A program made the position numbers and the translations under genes. Source: a virus. Taken from it: a stretch of DNA of 64,000 nucleotides. Under the pieces are notes generated by a model. The model was not told the origin of the DNA and made no database searches. It saw only the letters and a list, made by a program, of their open reading frames with translations. Of this stretch, positions 29,876 to 39,443 are shown piece after piece; the stretch's first letter is position 1, and every line of letters begins with the position of its first letter. The DNA lies in the UHGV virus genome UHGV-0326727; one strand, written 5' to 3'.

Positions 29876-31657
29876 ATGACTAAATCACTTTATGCAGTAC
29901 CAGCAGGTTTAAACGCAGATGCTTACAAATCTGGTCACATTTACCAGTATCCTAGTGCAACAGAATACTTGATGTTCAACCTGACACCACGTAGTGATAA
30001 ATGGTTTAACAGTCCTTTAGCAATTGACGGTGTAGTGGCTTTTGGTATTCAACGTTTTATTAAAGACTACTTAATAGACCACTGGAACGCCACCTTCTTC
30101 GAACGTGACAAAGAAGAAGCAATTGACGAAATCTTAGAAGTCATGAACGGTGTTCTGGGTAAAGATGCTATTGGTCGTGAACATTGGGAAGCACTTCACG
30201 ACTTAGGTTATCTACCAGTTGAAGTATACGCTGTAGAAGAAGGCACAGTTGTTCCTATGCGTGTACCAATGATTGTCTTCCAGAACACTGTTTCAGGTTT
30301 CCATTGGGTAGCGGGGTATCTGGAAGATGCTTTCTCTGCTGAGATTTGGAAGGCTTGTACCATTGCAACTATTGCATTGCACTACAAACGTATCTGTAAG
30401 AAGTGGTCTGACCTTACTTGTGATAACGACTTACATTTGCCTTATCAGTGTCATGACTTTGCTATGCGTGGTATGTCCGGCTTTACTGATGACGCATTTA
30501 ACGCTGTAGGACACTTAACCAGCTTTAAAGGAACTGATAGCTTCCCTGCTGTATATACAGCTAAACGCATCTATGGACAGTCCTACCCAATCTCTGATAT
30601 TGGTAGTTCTGTACCAGCCACTGAACACTCTGTAATGTGTGCAAACATTGCTTGGGAAGGTGGTAATGAGTTGATTGAAGAAGAAAGACGCTTTAAAGGT
30701 GAGTTACAAACTTTCCGTCGTTTCTTAACAGAAACTTACCCAACTGGTATTGCAAGTGTTGTTTCAGACACTTATAATTTCTGGAGAACTGTATCAGAAA
30801 TCTTACCAGCACTTCGTAAAGAGATTATGGAACGTGACGGCAAACTGGTAATTCGTCCTGACTCTGGTGACCCTGTACATATTGTCACAGGTTATAAAGC
30901 AATCCACTTAGAGTGTGCTAAAAAGGCTTATTACGAACACCTAAGCAAGCTGGAAGCCAGTGACACAATGCTGAATGCTGTTCTGAACATGAAGCTTGAA
31001 AACATCAACTATGGTATTGCTGGATGGCTATTGTCAGAAGGCTACGAAATGGTTGTTGACAGAGAAGACTTTGAAGTTGCTGATACAGTGCTGTTGAAAA
31101 ATGCTTATATGGTTGGCTCTGCAAACGTTGTAACACGTCCTGTAGCAGAGATTGATGGGGCTATTAAGACCCTGTATAACATCTTTGGAGGGACTATCAA
31201 CTCTAAAGGTTTTAAGGTACTGGATGAGCACATTGGCCTTATTTATGGTGACTCTATCACGTTGGAACGTGCAAACGAAATCCTGAAACGTTTGTATGAA
31301 ATGGGTTTTGCAAGCTCTAACGTAGTGTTTGGTGTAGGTTCTTATACTTACCAGTACATGACTCGTGACACCTTTGCATTTGCTGTCAAAGCAACTCTTG
31401 CAAGTATTGGTGGTAAAGAGATTATGCTTGCAAAAGACCCTAAAACAGATAGCGGTGTTAAGAAGTCTGCTTTTGGTGGTGTAGCACCCATGTGGGATGG
31501 TGATAAGCTGAAAGCTGTAGATGGCTATGGATTCCAGAGCTTTGCAGATGTGCTTGAACATCCAGCTTGTGCTTTACGTTTAGTCTTTAGTGACTCTGAG
31601 CAGTTCGGTTACACAACTCTTGGTGATATTCGAAATAATATTGACAAGCAACTTTAA
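29876..31657 (+). CDS. nicotinamide phosphoribosyltransferase (NAMPT) family protein
   Basis: 593 aa; FKGTDSFPAVYTA and SDTYNFW regions resemble NAMPT/NAPRTase type II phosphoribosyltransferases. Confidence 0.6.
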   Translation: MTKSLYAVPAGLNADAYKSGHIYQYPSATEYLMFNLTPRSDKWFNSPLAIDGVVAFGIQRFIKDYLIDHWNATFFERDKEEAIDEILEVMNGVLGKDAIGREHWEALHDLGYLPVEVYAVEEGTVVPMRVPMIVFQNTVSGFHWVAGYLEDAFSAEIWKACTIATIALHYKRICKKWSDLTCDNDLHLPYQCHDFAMRGMSGFTDDAFNAVGHLTSFKGTDSFPAVYTAKRIYGQSYPISDIGSSVPATEHSVMCANIAWEGGNELIEEERRFKGELQTFRRFLTETYPTGIASVVSDTYNFWRTVSEILPALRKEIMERDGKLVIRPDSGDPVHIVTGYKAIHLECAKKAYYEHLSKLEASDTMLNAVLNMKLENINYGIAGWLLSEGYEMVVDREDFEVADTVLLKNAYMVGSANVVTRPVAEIDGAIKTLYNIFGGTINSKGFKVLDEHIGLIYGDSITLERANEILKRLYEMGFASSNVVFGVGSYTYQYMTRDTFAFAVKATLASIGGKEIMLAKDPKTDSGVKKSAFGGVAPMWDGDKLKAVDGYGFQSFADVLEHPACALRLVFSDSEQFGYTTLGDIRNNIDKQL

Positions 31658-31670
31658 AAGTATATGATAA

Positions 31671-31694
31671 GAGGCTCCTACGGGAGCCTTTTTA
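31671..31694 (+). terminator. rho-independent terminator
   Basis: gaggctcctacgggagcctt hairpin followed by TTTT. Confidence 0.6.
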
Positions 31695-31710
31695 ATTTCT
31701 GGAGAAGATT

Positions 31711-32046
31711 ATGAAAATCAAAGAAATGAACATCAACATTGTCTTAGAAGAACGTTGGGAGAACATCAAGAGGTCTGAAAATGGTCATAAGTTCCTCAAC
31801 AAAATCTTAGTGGCAGCTAAAGAAGAACTGACTGGCAAGGTTGCAGCAGCAATCACAATAAAGGTGTGTGTAAAAGGTCTTCCAGACAATCACCAATTTG
31901 CACTTGACGAGTTTAAAGAAAGCTTCTACAATCCAAACAAACAGATGCTTGAAAGTAACTTTGCAGTATCTACAAGTATCGTTCATGACAGAAGCTTTAT
32001 CCTTTACAAGAATATGAGAGGTGAGTCATGCAAGCATATTGGATAG
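31711..32046 (+). CDS. hypothetical protein
   Basis: 111 aa ORF. Confidence 0.35.
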   Translation: MKIKEMNINIVLEERWENIKRSENGHKFLNKILVAAKEELTGKVAAAITIKVCVKGLPDNHQFALDEFKESFYNPNKQMLESNFAVSTSIVHDRSFILYKNMRGESCKHIG

Positions 32047-32204
32047 AAATTTTACTGTCACTTGGTAGTGTAGCAGTGTTCGTTTACCTTCTTTGCAAGT
32101 ACTATGCAGAGCACAAAAAATGTGACTTCTGTGACGGAGAAGGTTATACAAGAGCAGGTTGTTGCCCTATGTGTGGCGGTTCTGGTAAAATGTTTAATAA
32201 GTAA
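32028..32204 (+). CDS. small membrane protein with C-terminal zinc ribbon (58 aa)
   Basis: ATG 32028 with AGAGGTGAG RBS; hydrophobic N-terminus then CDFCDG...CCPMCGG; below track cutoff. Confidence 0.3.
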   Translation: MQAYWIEILLSLGSVAVFVYLLCKYYAEHKKCDFCDGEGYTRAGCCPMCGGSGKMFNK

Positions 32205-32232
32205 TTTAACAGTAAACTAAGAGGAAAGTATT

Positions 32233-34599
32233 ATGCGCATGGTAAATGACCACGCAGAAGTGATTAAGAGTTCAACTTCTTTAGAGACGTCTCAAGCACA
32301 GATTACAATGACACCTGAAATGTTCAGCCTTTTGAGTTCTGGTGTATATACCTTTAAAGAAAGGGCAGTTATTCGTGAACTGTCATGTAACGCAGTAGAT
32401 GCTCAGAAAGAAGCTGGAAAAGAGAACATCCCGTTCCATGTGCATTTACCTACTCGTTTTGAGCCTTACTTTGAAGTTCGTGATTTTGGAACTGGATTGA
32501 CTCATGATAAAGTTATGAGTTTGTATCTAAATTACGGGGCTTCTACGAAGAATGACTCTAATGACTACATTGGTGCAATGGGTATCGGCTCAAAATCCCC
32601 ATTTGCAATTGCTCAGTCATTCACAGTATCTAGCTATGTTGATGGTGTTGTCAATAAGTACTCTGTTTACCTTGAGAATGGTATCCCTCAAGTAACTAAG
32701 CTGACCACTAACCCAACAAAAGAACCTAATGGTTTAGCTGTACGTGTAGCAGTTGCTGACCACCGTATTTCAAAGTTCTTTGAAGAAGCTGGTCACGTAT
32801 ACTCATACTTTGCTGTAAAACCAGAAAGTAATATCGAGTACGACGATATATTAGCAGACATGAATGTCATTGCCCGTGAAGAAGGTGTTTATGATGCCAT
32901 GATTCATAAGCAAAGCTGGCGCTCTAGTGGTAACAGGACAGAGTTTAATGTGGTGATGGGTAACATCGCCTACCCTGTTAACATGGAAGCACTACTTGGT
33001 GATGATTTCTTCAAAGTCTTGCCAGAGTTTTTCCGTAGGAGCGTAGACCTTGTAAACATCTATATGCCTATTGGTTCAGTTGCTATTGCAGCTTCTCGTG
33101 AAGCATTGCAGATGAATGATACAACAAAAAATGTTATCATTGAGGCTACTAAAAAGATAACTGAAGCAATTACAAAGGATGTTATCAAGAAAGTTAATAG
33201 CCAACCTACACTCATGGATGCTGCACAGGCTTATGCTGAGTTACGTTTAAACTCACGAGAGATGTTTAATGCTGTGTGTCCAAAACTAGAGTGGGGAGGC
33301 GTTAAGCTTGATTCTTTGGAAGAAGAATTGCTAAACATTCGTCGTGGAATTATCTACGCAGAAGACGGCTCAGTTATCTATGAACGTGACGGCAAAGGTA
33401 ATATTAAGGTTGATAGGAACGGGAACAACATCCCTAAAGTAGATTATCTTTATAATCCAGTTGCTTATGTTAAGTTTAACTCTTTAGAGAGTAAGATTCG
33501 TGCAACAGCGCTTTCCTACACTCAAGAGGCAAGTATGTTCAATATCTTTGGCGCAATGCGTAAAAGTCAAATTGAGCAGTTTTTGTTTGTTATAAATGAC
33601 CGTCGCAATAAAAATGGTACTGAGAAGACTGTAGGACGCAATCAGATTCTGCGTGGTGCATGTCGAGACTATGCCAGTGAATCCAGTCTGTTTCACAGAT
33701 ACAATGGTATTGTCTTTGTATTCTCGACTGAAAAAGAGCTAGATGATTTAATCAATCTTCACAAACTTGATAAAAGCTTGTTAAAGATTGTGAAGATGTC
33801 TGATAAGGAACATCATTATCAGCGTAAAGAAGCTGTAAGAGGTGTTGTAAAACTTTGGAAAGCTGTTCCAGCAGAAGGTGTAGCTTCATACAAAGAGGTG
33901 TCAGAAGACTTAGATACGATTGAAGAGCCTCAGCTTTATATTAAGGCAGTAGGCGACACAGTTGATGGCGAATGTTTTTGCTCATCTCCAGAAGATGTAG
34001 CTAAGTCAGTTGCCAATGTCATTGGAAAGACAGTATATGTTTTCCGAAAAGCAAATTGGAAAAAGATACCAGAAGACTGGATTGAAGTAGATGAGAAGCT
34101 CTTGAACGACAGCTTAACTGATGTTCACTGGATTAATCATAATAGGTATATGACACGTATCTATATGAATGGTGTCCTTGACCTTACAAGCAGTTGGATT
34201 ATTGCCAGAAACTTTACGTTCAATAACAGGAAGATTTCTCGTGGCTATTGCTATTCACGAGACACAAACAAAACTATCTTCTTAGAAGGTAATGAAGATG
34301 CTGTTGAGGCAATGTTTGGTAAAATCCAATACGTTGCTGCACCGTTTGCATACACTTACACTGTTAGTCGGTTGCAAACTTTGAAAGAATGCCTTGACAA
34401 TGACACAAAGTTGTACAAGAAAATTAAGAAAGCTGGTGACCGTATGGTTATTAAGGTGACAAACTATCTTTTAAAAAGAAAACAAGAAAACTTCTTGCTT
34501 TCTCATTTAGATTGGAATAAAGTGTCACCCATCGAAGTAAGTAAGTTCTTAGGCTTTGATGTGAAGTGTGTTCCAGAAGGGACTACAATTTACGATTAA
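32233..34599 (+). CDS. rIIA: rIIA-like protein with N-terminal GHKL-type ATPase domain
   Basis: 788 aa; Bergerat-fold motifs RELSCNAVDA (N box), DFGTGLT (G1), GAMGIGSKSPF (G2); size and position fit rIIA. Confidence 0.55.
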   Translation: MRMVNDHAEVIKSSTSLETSQAQITMTPEMFSLLSSGVYTFKERAVIRELSCNAVDAQKEAGKENIPFHVHLPTRFEPYFEVRDFGTGLTHDKVMSLYLNYGASTKNDSNDYIGAMGIGSKSPFAIAQSFTVSSYVDGVVNKYSVYLENGIPQVTKLTTNPTKEPNGLAVRVAVADHRISKFFEEAGHVYSYFAVKPESNIEYDDILADMNVIAREEGVYDAMIHKQSWRSSGNRTEFNVVMGNIAYPVNMEALLGDDFFKVLPEFFRRSVDLVNIYMPIGSVAIAASREALQMNDTTKNVIIEATKKITEAITKDVIKKVNSQPTLMDAAQAYAELRLNSREMFNAVCPKLEWGGVKLDSLEEELLNIRRGIIYAEDGSVIYERDGKGNIKVDRNGNNIPKVDYLYNPVAYVKFNSLESKIRATALSYTQEASMFNIFGAMRKSQIEQFLFVINDRRNKNGTEKTVGRNQILRGACRDYASESSLFHRYNGIVFVFSTEKELDDLINLHKLDKSLLKIVKMSDKEHHYQRKEAVRGVVKLWKAVPAEGVASYKEVSEDLDTIEEPQLYIKAVGDTVDGECFCSSPEDVAKSVANVIGKTVYVFRKANWKKIPEDWIEVDEKLLNDSLTDVHWINHNRYMTRIYMNGVLDLTSSWIIARNFTFNNRKISRGYCYSRDTNKTIFLEGNEDAVEAMFGKIQYVAAPFAYTYTVSRLQTLKECLDNDTKLYKKIKKAGDRMVIKVTNYLLKRKQENFLLSHLDWNKVSPIEVSKFLGFDVKCVPEGTTIYD

Positions 34600-34604
34600 A
34601 GTGT

Positions 34605-34634
34605 TTGACAAGGGGCTTTGAAGCCCCTTAGAAT
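34605..34634 (+). promoter_or_regulatory. sigma70-like promoter with hairpin in spacer
   Basis: TTGACA at 34605-34610, about 18-bp spacer forming aggggctttgaagcccct hairpin, -10 TAGAAT. Confidence 0.35.
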
Positions 34635-34678
34635 ATCCTTACAAAATGATTTATTAACTGACAAGAGAGAGTAATAAG

Positions 34679-35788
34679 ATGACTACTAAAACTAAAGCAC
34701 AGATTGACGCAGAAATTTACAAACTGGTTAAAGAAGGTAAGCTGACTAAAACAGCTATTGCACAGAAGTTCAATACTTCAACCCGTTCAGTTGGTCGTGC
34801 TGTAGAGCGTCATGAAGCAACCTTAAAAGGTAAGAAAAAGGTAGCTTCTAAACCAGCTAAGAAGACTTTGAAGCAAGTTGCTAAGTCAGTTAAAAAGAAA
34901 GCTGGCAAACCAGTTGAAAAGGTTGTTAAAGAGGCTGTACAGAAAGCTCCAGTAAATAAACTACACGAAGCTATGCAGAATGGTGACCGAATTGAGTATA
35001 TGATTACTGGCGATTCTGTTATCATGACTTTCGGTGCAGATTCTGAAATCGTTGAGTCTACCCATCCGAACTACAAAGAAATCGTAATGGCTGTTGTAGG
35101 TGGTGAGTACAAGAAAGCTTTCGAACTGATGAACATTCGTAAGTCTATCGAAAACTTCACTCAGGGTGCTATCACAATCAAAGGTGATAAGTTATTCTAC
35201 GGTGCTGTTGAGATGCGTTCTACTCTGGTTGACCGTATCCTTCACATGATGAAGACTGGTGATAAAGGTTTTGAACGACTTGTAATGTTCTTCGAAAAAC
35301 TGATGGAAAACCCATCTAAAGACTCTGTAGAACAACTTTGGGGATTCGTATCTCATCTTGATGTTGAAATTGATGAAGAAGGTTACATCATTGGTTGGAA
35401 GAAAGTCTCTACTCGTGAAGGCAAGCTGGTTGACTCTCACACCTACAAAGTACCTAATGATTTGGGTAACATTGTAGAGATGCCACGTTGGATGGTTGAT
35501 AACAACCGTAACGTAACTTGCTCTCAAGGTCTTCATGTTGGTGCTTGGGATTATGTTCGTTGCTTCTCAGGTGATACCATCCTGAAGGTTCGTGTCCATC
35601 CACGAGATGTTGTATCTGTTCCAACTGATTACAACGATATGAAGATGCGTTCCTCTCGTTATGAAGTTGCAGCAATCGTTGATAATCAACGTAAAGTGCT
35701 GAAAGCATGGGATGGTAAGACTGAAGCTTTGCATGTCATCGTTGGCACTGCTGGTGAACTCATCTCTCAACGTAAACGTGAAATCTAA
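34679..35788 (+). CDS. rIIB: rIIB-like protein
   Basis: 369 aa immediately downstream of the rIIA-like gene; call is by position and size only. Confidence 0.4.
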   Translation: MTTKTKAQIDAEIYKLVKEGKLTKTAIAQKFNTSTRSVGRAVERHEATLKGKKKVASKPAKKTLKQVAKSVKKKAGKPVEKVVKEAVQKAPVNKLHEAMQNGDRIEYMITGDSVIMTFGADSEIVESTHPNYKEIVMAVVGGEYKKAFELMNIRKSIENFTQGAITIKGDKLFYGAVEMRSTLVDRILHMMKTGDKGFERLVMFFEKLMENPSKDSVEQLWGFVSHLDVEIDEEGYIIGWKKVSTREGKLVDSHTYKVPNDLGNIVEMPRWMVDNNRNVTCSQGLHVGAWDYVRCFSGDTILKVRVHPRDVVSVPTDYNDMKMRSSRYEVAAIVDNQRKVLKAWDGKTEALHVIVGTAGELISQRKREI

Positions 35789-35804
35789 TAAGTAATTTCT
35801 TAAA

Positions 35805-35828
35805 AGGCTGCTTCGGCGGCCTTTTTTA
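35805..35828 (+). terminator. rho-independent terminator
   Basis: ggctgcttcggcggcc hairpin followed by TTTTTT. Confidence 0.6.
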
Positions 35829-35888
35829 TTTGTATTTTGTGCAGAGTGCTGTATAATTGTGGTCACGATAAACTAAACAGGAGAACCA

Positions 35889-36437
35889 ATGAAGAAGTTG
35901 ATTCTAGGTTTGTGCTTAATGTTTACAGCACACTTATCTTATGCAGTTGACTGCCCAGAGCTATCAATTAGCCAAAAAGTAAACATGTTAAAAGCTTACC
36001 AGTATGGTGAGAATAATATGGGGAAGGGCTGGGGTATTACTCTAGCAGCTATAGCCTTACAAGAGTCAGAGTTAGGTCTGAAGGTAGAGAATAAAAAGAC
36101 CCATGACTATGGTATTTTCCAGAATCACTTGAAGACTGTTGTAAAGCGTAACAAAATTAGTCCTAATGTGGCTAAAAAGAAACTCTTAAAAGATTTTGAC
36201 TATGCAGCAAAAGAGACGCATAAAGAGCTTGAGTTTTGGACGAAGGTACATGGTCAACCAAAGTCAAAGAAGACTTTACAAAAAGTTTTAGCATCATATA
36301 ATGCTGGGTATTCGTACAAAATTCCTAAAGCTAAGAAATACTCTCAAGATGTCTACAACAATATGAAAGTTATTGCTCAATGTGAATTTGCAACAAACAT
36401 TTCTAAGGTAAATCATGAAAAAATTAAGAAAGTCTGA
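35889..36437 (+). CDS. secreted lytic transglycosylase-like protein
   Basis: Signal peptide MKKLILGLCLMFTAHLSYA; AIALQESELG and DYGIFQ resemble SLT-domain catalytic Glu and GLMQ motifs. Confidence 0.4.
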   Translation: MKKLILGLCLMFTAHLSYAVDCPELSISQKVNMLKAYQYGENNMGKGWGITLAAIALQESELGLKVENKKTHDYGIFQNHLKTVVKRNKISPNVAKKKLLKDFDYAAKETHKELEFWTKVHGQPKSKKTLQKVLASYNAGYSYKIPKAKKYSQDVYNNMKVIAQCEFATNISKVNHEKIKKV

Positions 36438-37110
36438 TGAAGTACTGTGTCATGCTTATGACTTACATCCTCATGAGTTAGGTCTTGATTCCTGTGTATG
36501 GACCCCAGAACAGTGCAGAGATTTTGAAGATACTGCAAGAGAGGTTGTATGCTCACTTGAAGAGTTCCACACATCAGAATCAATTGTGAACGTTGTGGAC
36601 AAAGAGACTGGACAATCTATAGGTGTAAGACGTGACAGTTTAGTCATAGTCAATAAAGACCTTGTAGAAAAAGGTAACCTTATCTTAGCAGACATTGATG
36701 GTGTTCTTACAAATTTTAATCACGAAGATTTCTCAACGGAATTGATTGATGGGTCATTTTCACAGTACACTAATTTACTTGACTCTGTAAGTGCAAAGCC
36801 AACGTATGTTTTCAATATTATTGATGCAATCTCTAATCATGCTGCCATTGGACTCTTGACAGCGAGGGGTGAATCTCAGAGAATACCTACTGAGATGTTT
36901 TTAAGGCATTACATAGAGCATGATTACATGCTTTTTATGCGTGGTTTTGGAACTAATTCTATAAGTGCAGAAAGTTTGAAAGTGAGGATGATTCAGTCTT
37001 GCATTCTGCCTTACTTTAATATAGTATGTTTTATAGAAGATACAGAGAAGAATGTTCAGAAGGTAAACAGAATCCTTCCACACATTAAAACCATGTTAGT
37101 TAAACATTGA
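36415..37110 (+). CDS. HAD-superfamily hydrolase-like protein
   Basis: DIDGVL matches HAD motif I DxDG(T/V); start uncertain (overlaps upstream gene). Confidence 0.4.
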   Translation: MKKLRKSDEVLCHAYDLHPHELGLDSCVWTPEQCRDFEDTAREVVCSLEEFHTSESIVNVVDKETGQSIGVRRDSLVIVNKDLVEKGNLILADIDGVLTNFNHEDFSTELIDGSFSQYTNLLDSVSAKPTYVFNIIDAISNHAAIGLLTARGESQRIPTEMFLRHYIEHDYMLFMRGFGTNSISAESLKVRMIQSCILPYFNIVCFIEDTEKNVQKVNRILPHIKTMLVKH

Positions 37111-37586
37111 GAGAAAAACTTATGAACAATATCATTACGGTAGCACTGGACGATACGACAAACAAATCTGTAGTAGTTCGTAAAATGATTCAAGGTAACT
37201 TTGAAGGTAAAATTTTTCGTGCTGTTAATGTAAAAGCTGATGGCAGTATTCGTGAATATCGTGCATTGTTGAATGTTAAAAAGCACGTAAAAGGTGCTGG
37301 TTCAACGACTGCACACAAAGAAAACCTGATGACTATTTATGATATGGGTAAGGCTTCAGAGTTAGGTGCTGAAGGTATCGTTAAAGAAGGTGCTCCGTAT
37401 CGCTCTTTCAATCTGGAAACTACTCTTATGCTTTCCTTTACAAGTGGTTCTAAAACAATCACTTACCTCTTTACTGATGCTGCAACGGTATCTGCTATCA
37501 AGGATAGCACTGTCAAAGCTGGCGTAGTTGCTGCTGCAAAAGCTTCTTCGATGGCTGCAAATATCCTTGCTAAAGTCCTCGGTTAA
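37107..37586 (+). CDS. hypothetical protein
   Basis: 159 aa ORF followed by a strong terminator. Confidence 0.35.
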   Translation: MREKLMNNIITVALDDTTNKSVVVRKMIQGNFEGKIFRAVNVKADGSIREYRALLNVKKHVKGAGSTTAHKENLMTIYDMGKASELGAEGIVKEGAPYRSFNLETTLMLSFTSGSKTITYLFTDAATVSAIKDSTVKAGVVAAAKASSMAANILAKVLG

Positions 37587-37597
37587 GGTTAAGATAC

Positions 37598-37619
37598 AGG
37601 CTCCTTCGGGAGCCTTTTT
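37598..37619 (+). terminator. rho-independent terminator
   Basis: aggctccttcgggagcct hairpin followed by TTTTT. Confidence 0.65.
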
Positions 37620-37638
37620 CATTTCAGGAGATTGTTAA

Positions 37639-37986
37639 ATGACATTTAAAGAGTTCTGTCAAGCCACTTTCATAATTGTTTTCTTAGTTGGAGCAGGTGT
37701 CTGGGGAGGATACTCTTACAGAGACTATCAAGTTGCTGAAGCTGAGCTAAATAATGAGAAACTAATAAGTGTTGCTAAAGATGCTTATCAGGAAGGTTTA
37801 GCCACACTCAGCACCAATTACAAAAATGATTTGAAAGATGTGCTTGCTAAGAATAAGCATACAAAAGAGGTACTAACATATGAAAAAACTAAGCCAGAGT
37901 TTTATAATGTTTGTGTTACTGATAATTATGTCAGGGTGTTCAACGAACAAAGTGAACAGTACATTCAAAAACTCCCAAGTAAGTGA
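37639..37986 (+). CDS. putative i-spanin (N-terminal TM, periplasmic domain)
   Basis: TM segment ATFIIVFLVGAGVWGG then charged helical region; downstream lipoprotein gene embedded out of frame. Confidence 0.4.
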   Translation: MTFKEFCQATFIIVFLVGAGVWGGYSYRDYQVAEAELNNEKLISVAKDAYQEGLATLSTNYKNDLKDVLAKNKHTKEVLTYEKTKPEFYNVCVTDNYVRVFNEQSEQYIQKLPSK

Positions 37987-38149
37987 GAGTGACAAGTACA
38001 CTCAAGAAGAGACAAGATTCATTGTCAAAGGTAATACTGGCAGTGATGTGGCAGCAGCCCTTGAGTTTTATCGTGATGGTTTTTACCAGTGCACAATAAA
38101 AGCTAATAACCTTATTGATATGATTTTATTAGGAAACAAACAGCAATGA
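37880..38149 (+). CDS. putative o-spanin / lipoprotein embedded in +1 frame
   Basis: MKKLSQSFIMFVLLIIMSGCS signal peptide with lipobox MSGC; starts inside the preceding gene. Confidence 0.4.
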   Translation: MKKLSQSFIMFVLLIIMSGCSTNKVNSTFKNSQVSESDKYTQEETRFIVKGNTGSDVAAALEFYRDGFYQCTIKANNLIDMILLGNKQQ

Positions 38150-38415
38150 CAGAGAATGAAGACACTTTCTATGTAGAAGGGTACTTACTGCTACCACGAC
38201 CAAAAGAAACTTATATGCGGTTTGATTTCTCACCAACCATTATGGATAATGTGATGTGTCATATCTTTATGCAAGGTGTCACAGCACAGCTTAAGCATGT
38301 TGGTAAAGAGTGCAAAATAAAGGTTGACACTCATCCAGAAATCAAAGAGAATCACTACGCATGGTTCTTACCAGACTCTAAAGAAATCTTAGCAGTTCTA
38401 AAAACGAGGAAATGA
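38146..38415 (+). CDS. hypothetical protein
   Basis: 89 aa ORF. Confidence 0.3.
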   Translation: MTENEDTFYVEGYLLLPRPKETYMRFDFSPTIMDNVMCHIFMQGVTAQLKHVGKECKIKVDTHPEIKENHYAWFLPDSKEILAVLKTRK

Positions 38416-38726
38416 TTATGCAATTCCAGCCAACAAATCGTGGATTTTCTTATGCAGAATTTAAAGATGCTAAAGGAGAGATTTGTACTTTACAAGAAAG
38501 TTCATCATATGAACCATGTATCTGGTTAGGTGCTAAAGAGGTCTCTGTTCAGTACCTAGATGGTGGCTGGAAAACACTTGATATCCCAGCATTAGTAGGC
38601 AAAGATTTTGTAGGTAACCAAAGAATGAAACTCAATCAAGAACAGGTAAAAGAACTGTTGCCGTACCTCCAATACTTTGCTGAAAATGGTGAATTACCAA
38701 CAGAGGAACTTACAAATGCAGATTAA
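38412..38726 (+). CDS. hypothetical protein
   Basis: 104 aa ORF. Confidence 0.3.
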   Translation: MIMQFQPTNRGFSYAEFKDAKGEICTLQESSSYEPCIWLGAKEVSVQYLDGGWKTLDIPALVGKDFVGNQRMKLNQEQVKELLPYLQYFAENGELPTEELTNAD

Positions 38727-39042
38727 CGGAAGAGATTTTGTAGCCGTTTACTACGAGAAAGATAAAGAAGTTGGCGTAGCACAAGTATCTTATGGTAATG
38801 GTAAGTGGTTGTATGGGACAATCGCAGTAGTCGGAACAAGAAGTGATACAAAAACTTTTAAAGACTGTGTTGACCTTCTTGAGGAATCCATCCATAATCA
38901 TTGGTGTCTGATATGGATGACTGACAACGAAGTGATAGAACGCTTCAAAAAGATTGGTATCAACATTGATAGCATTGAGCATGTTGACTTGTATGAGCTA
39001 ACTGAGAAGGTAAACTATGAAAGTAATACTAGCCAGAGATAA
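38677..39042 (+). CDS. hypothetical protein
   Basis: 121 aa ORF. Confidence 0.3.
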   Translation: MLKMVNYQQRNLQMQINGRDFVAVYYEKDKEVGVAQVSYGNGKWLYGTIAVVGTRSDTKTFKDCVDLLEESIHNHWCLIWMTDNEVIERFKKIGINIDSIEHVDLYELTEKVNYESNTSQR

Positions 39043-39250
39043 AAAGACCCGCAAGATTGTACGTTCAGCAGTATTCATAGGGAGAGATGAAGTCGTCCCG
39101 TTTGCAGGGGAAGATGTGCTAACTTATAAGAAGGGTTTAAAACGTAAATTCAGTGACCGTTTACGCGGCTTCATCTCTGAACCATTAGAAGATTTCAAAA
39201 GTCGCTGTGGCAAAGGCATCATCATTCAAGAGGCAATTATTCATGGCTGA
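39017..39250 (+). CDS. hypothetical protein
   Basis: 77 aa ORF. Confidence 0.3.
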   Translation: MKVILARDKKTRKIVRSAVFIGRDEVVPFAGEDVLTYKKGLKRKFSDRLRGFISEPLEDFKSRCGKGIIIQEAIIHG

Positions 39251-39443
39251 TTTCTGCAAAGATTGTGCTATCGAAATGTTTGGACGTGATACAGGTGACT
39301 TAAAAGGTCTTATCACTGAAGATGACTTTAAAGCTGGCTATGCAATGCCAGTAATCTGTGAAGGTTGTGGATGTATCTGGGTAGACCACGAAGGACAACG
39401 TGTAAAACCTTCAGAAGATAAAGAATCTTGGGAGAGATGCTAA
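39207..39443 (+). CDS. small Cys-rich protein
   Basis: 78 aa; CKDC...CEGCGC cysteines. Confidence 0.3.
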   Translation: MAKASSFKRQLFMADFCKDCAIEMFGRDTGDLKGLITEDDFKAGYAMPVICEGCGCIWVDHEGQRVKPSEDKESWERC

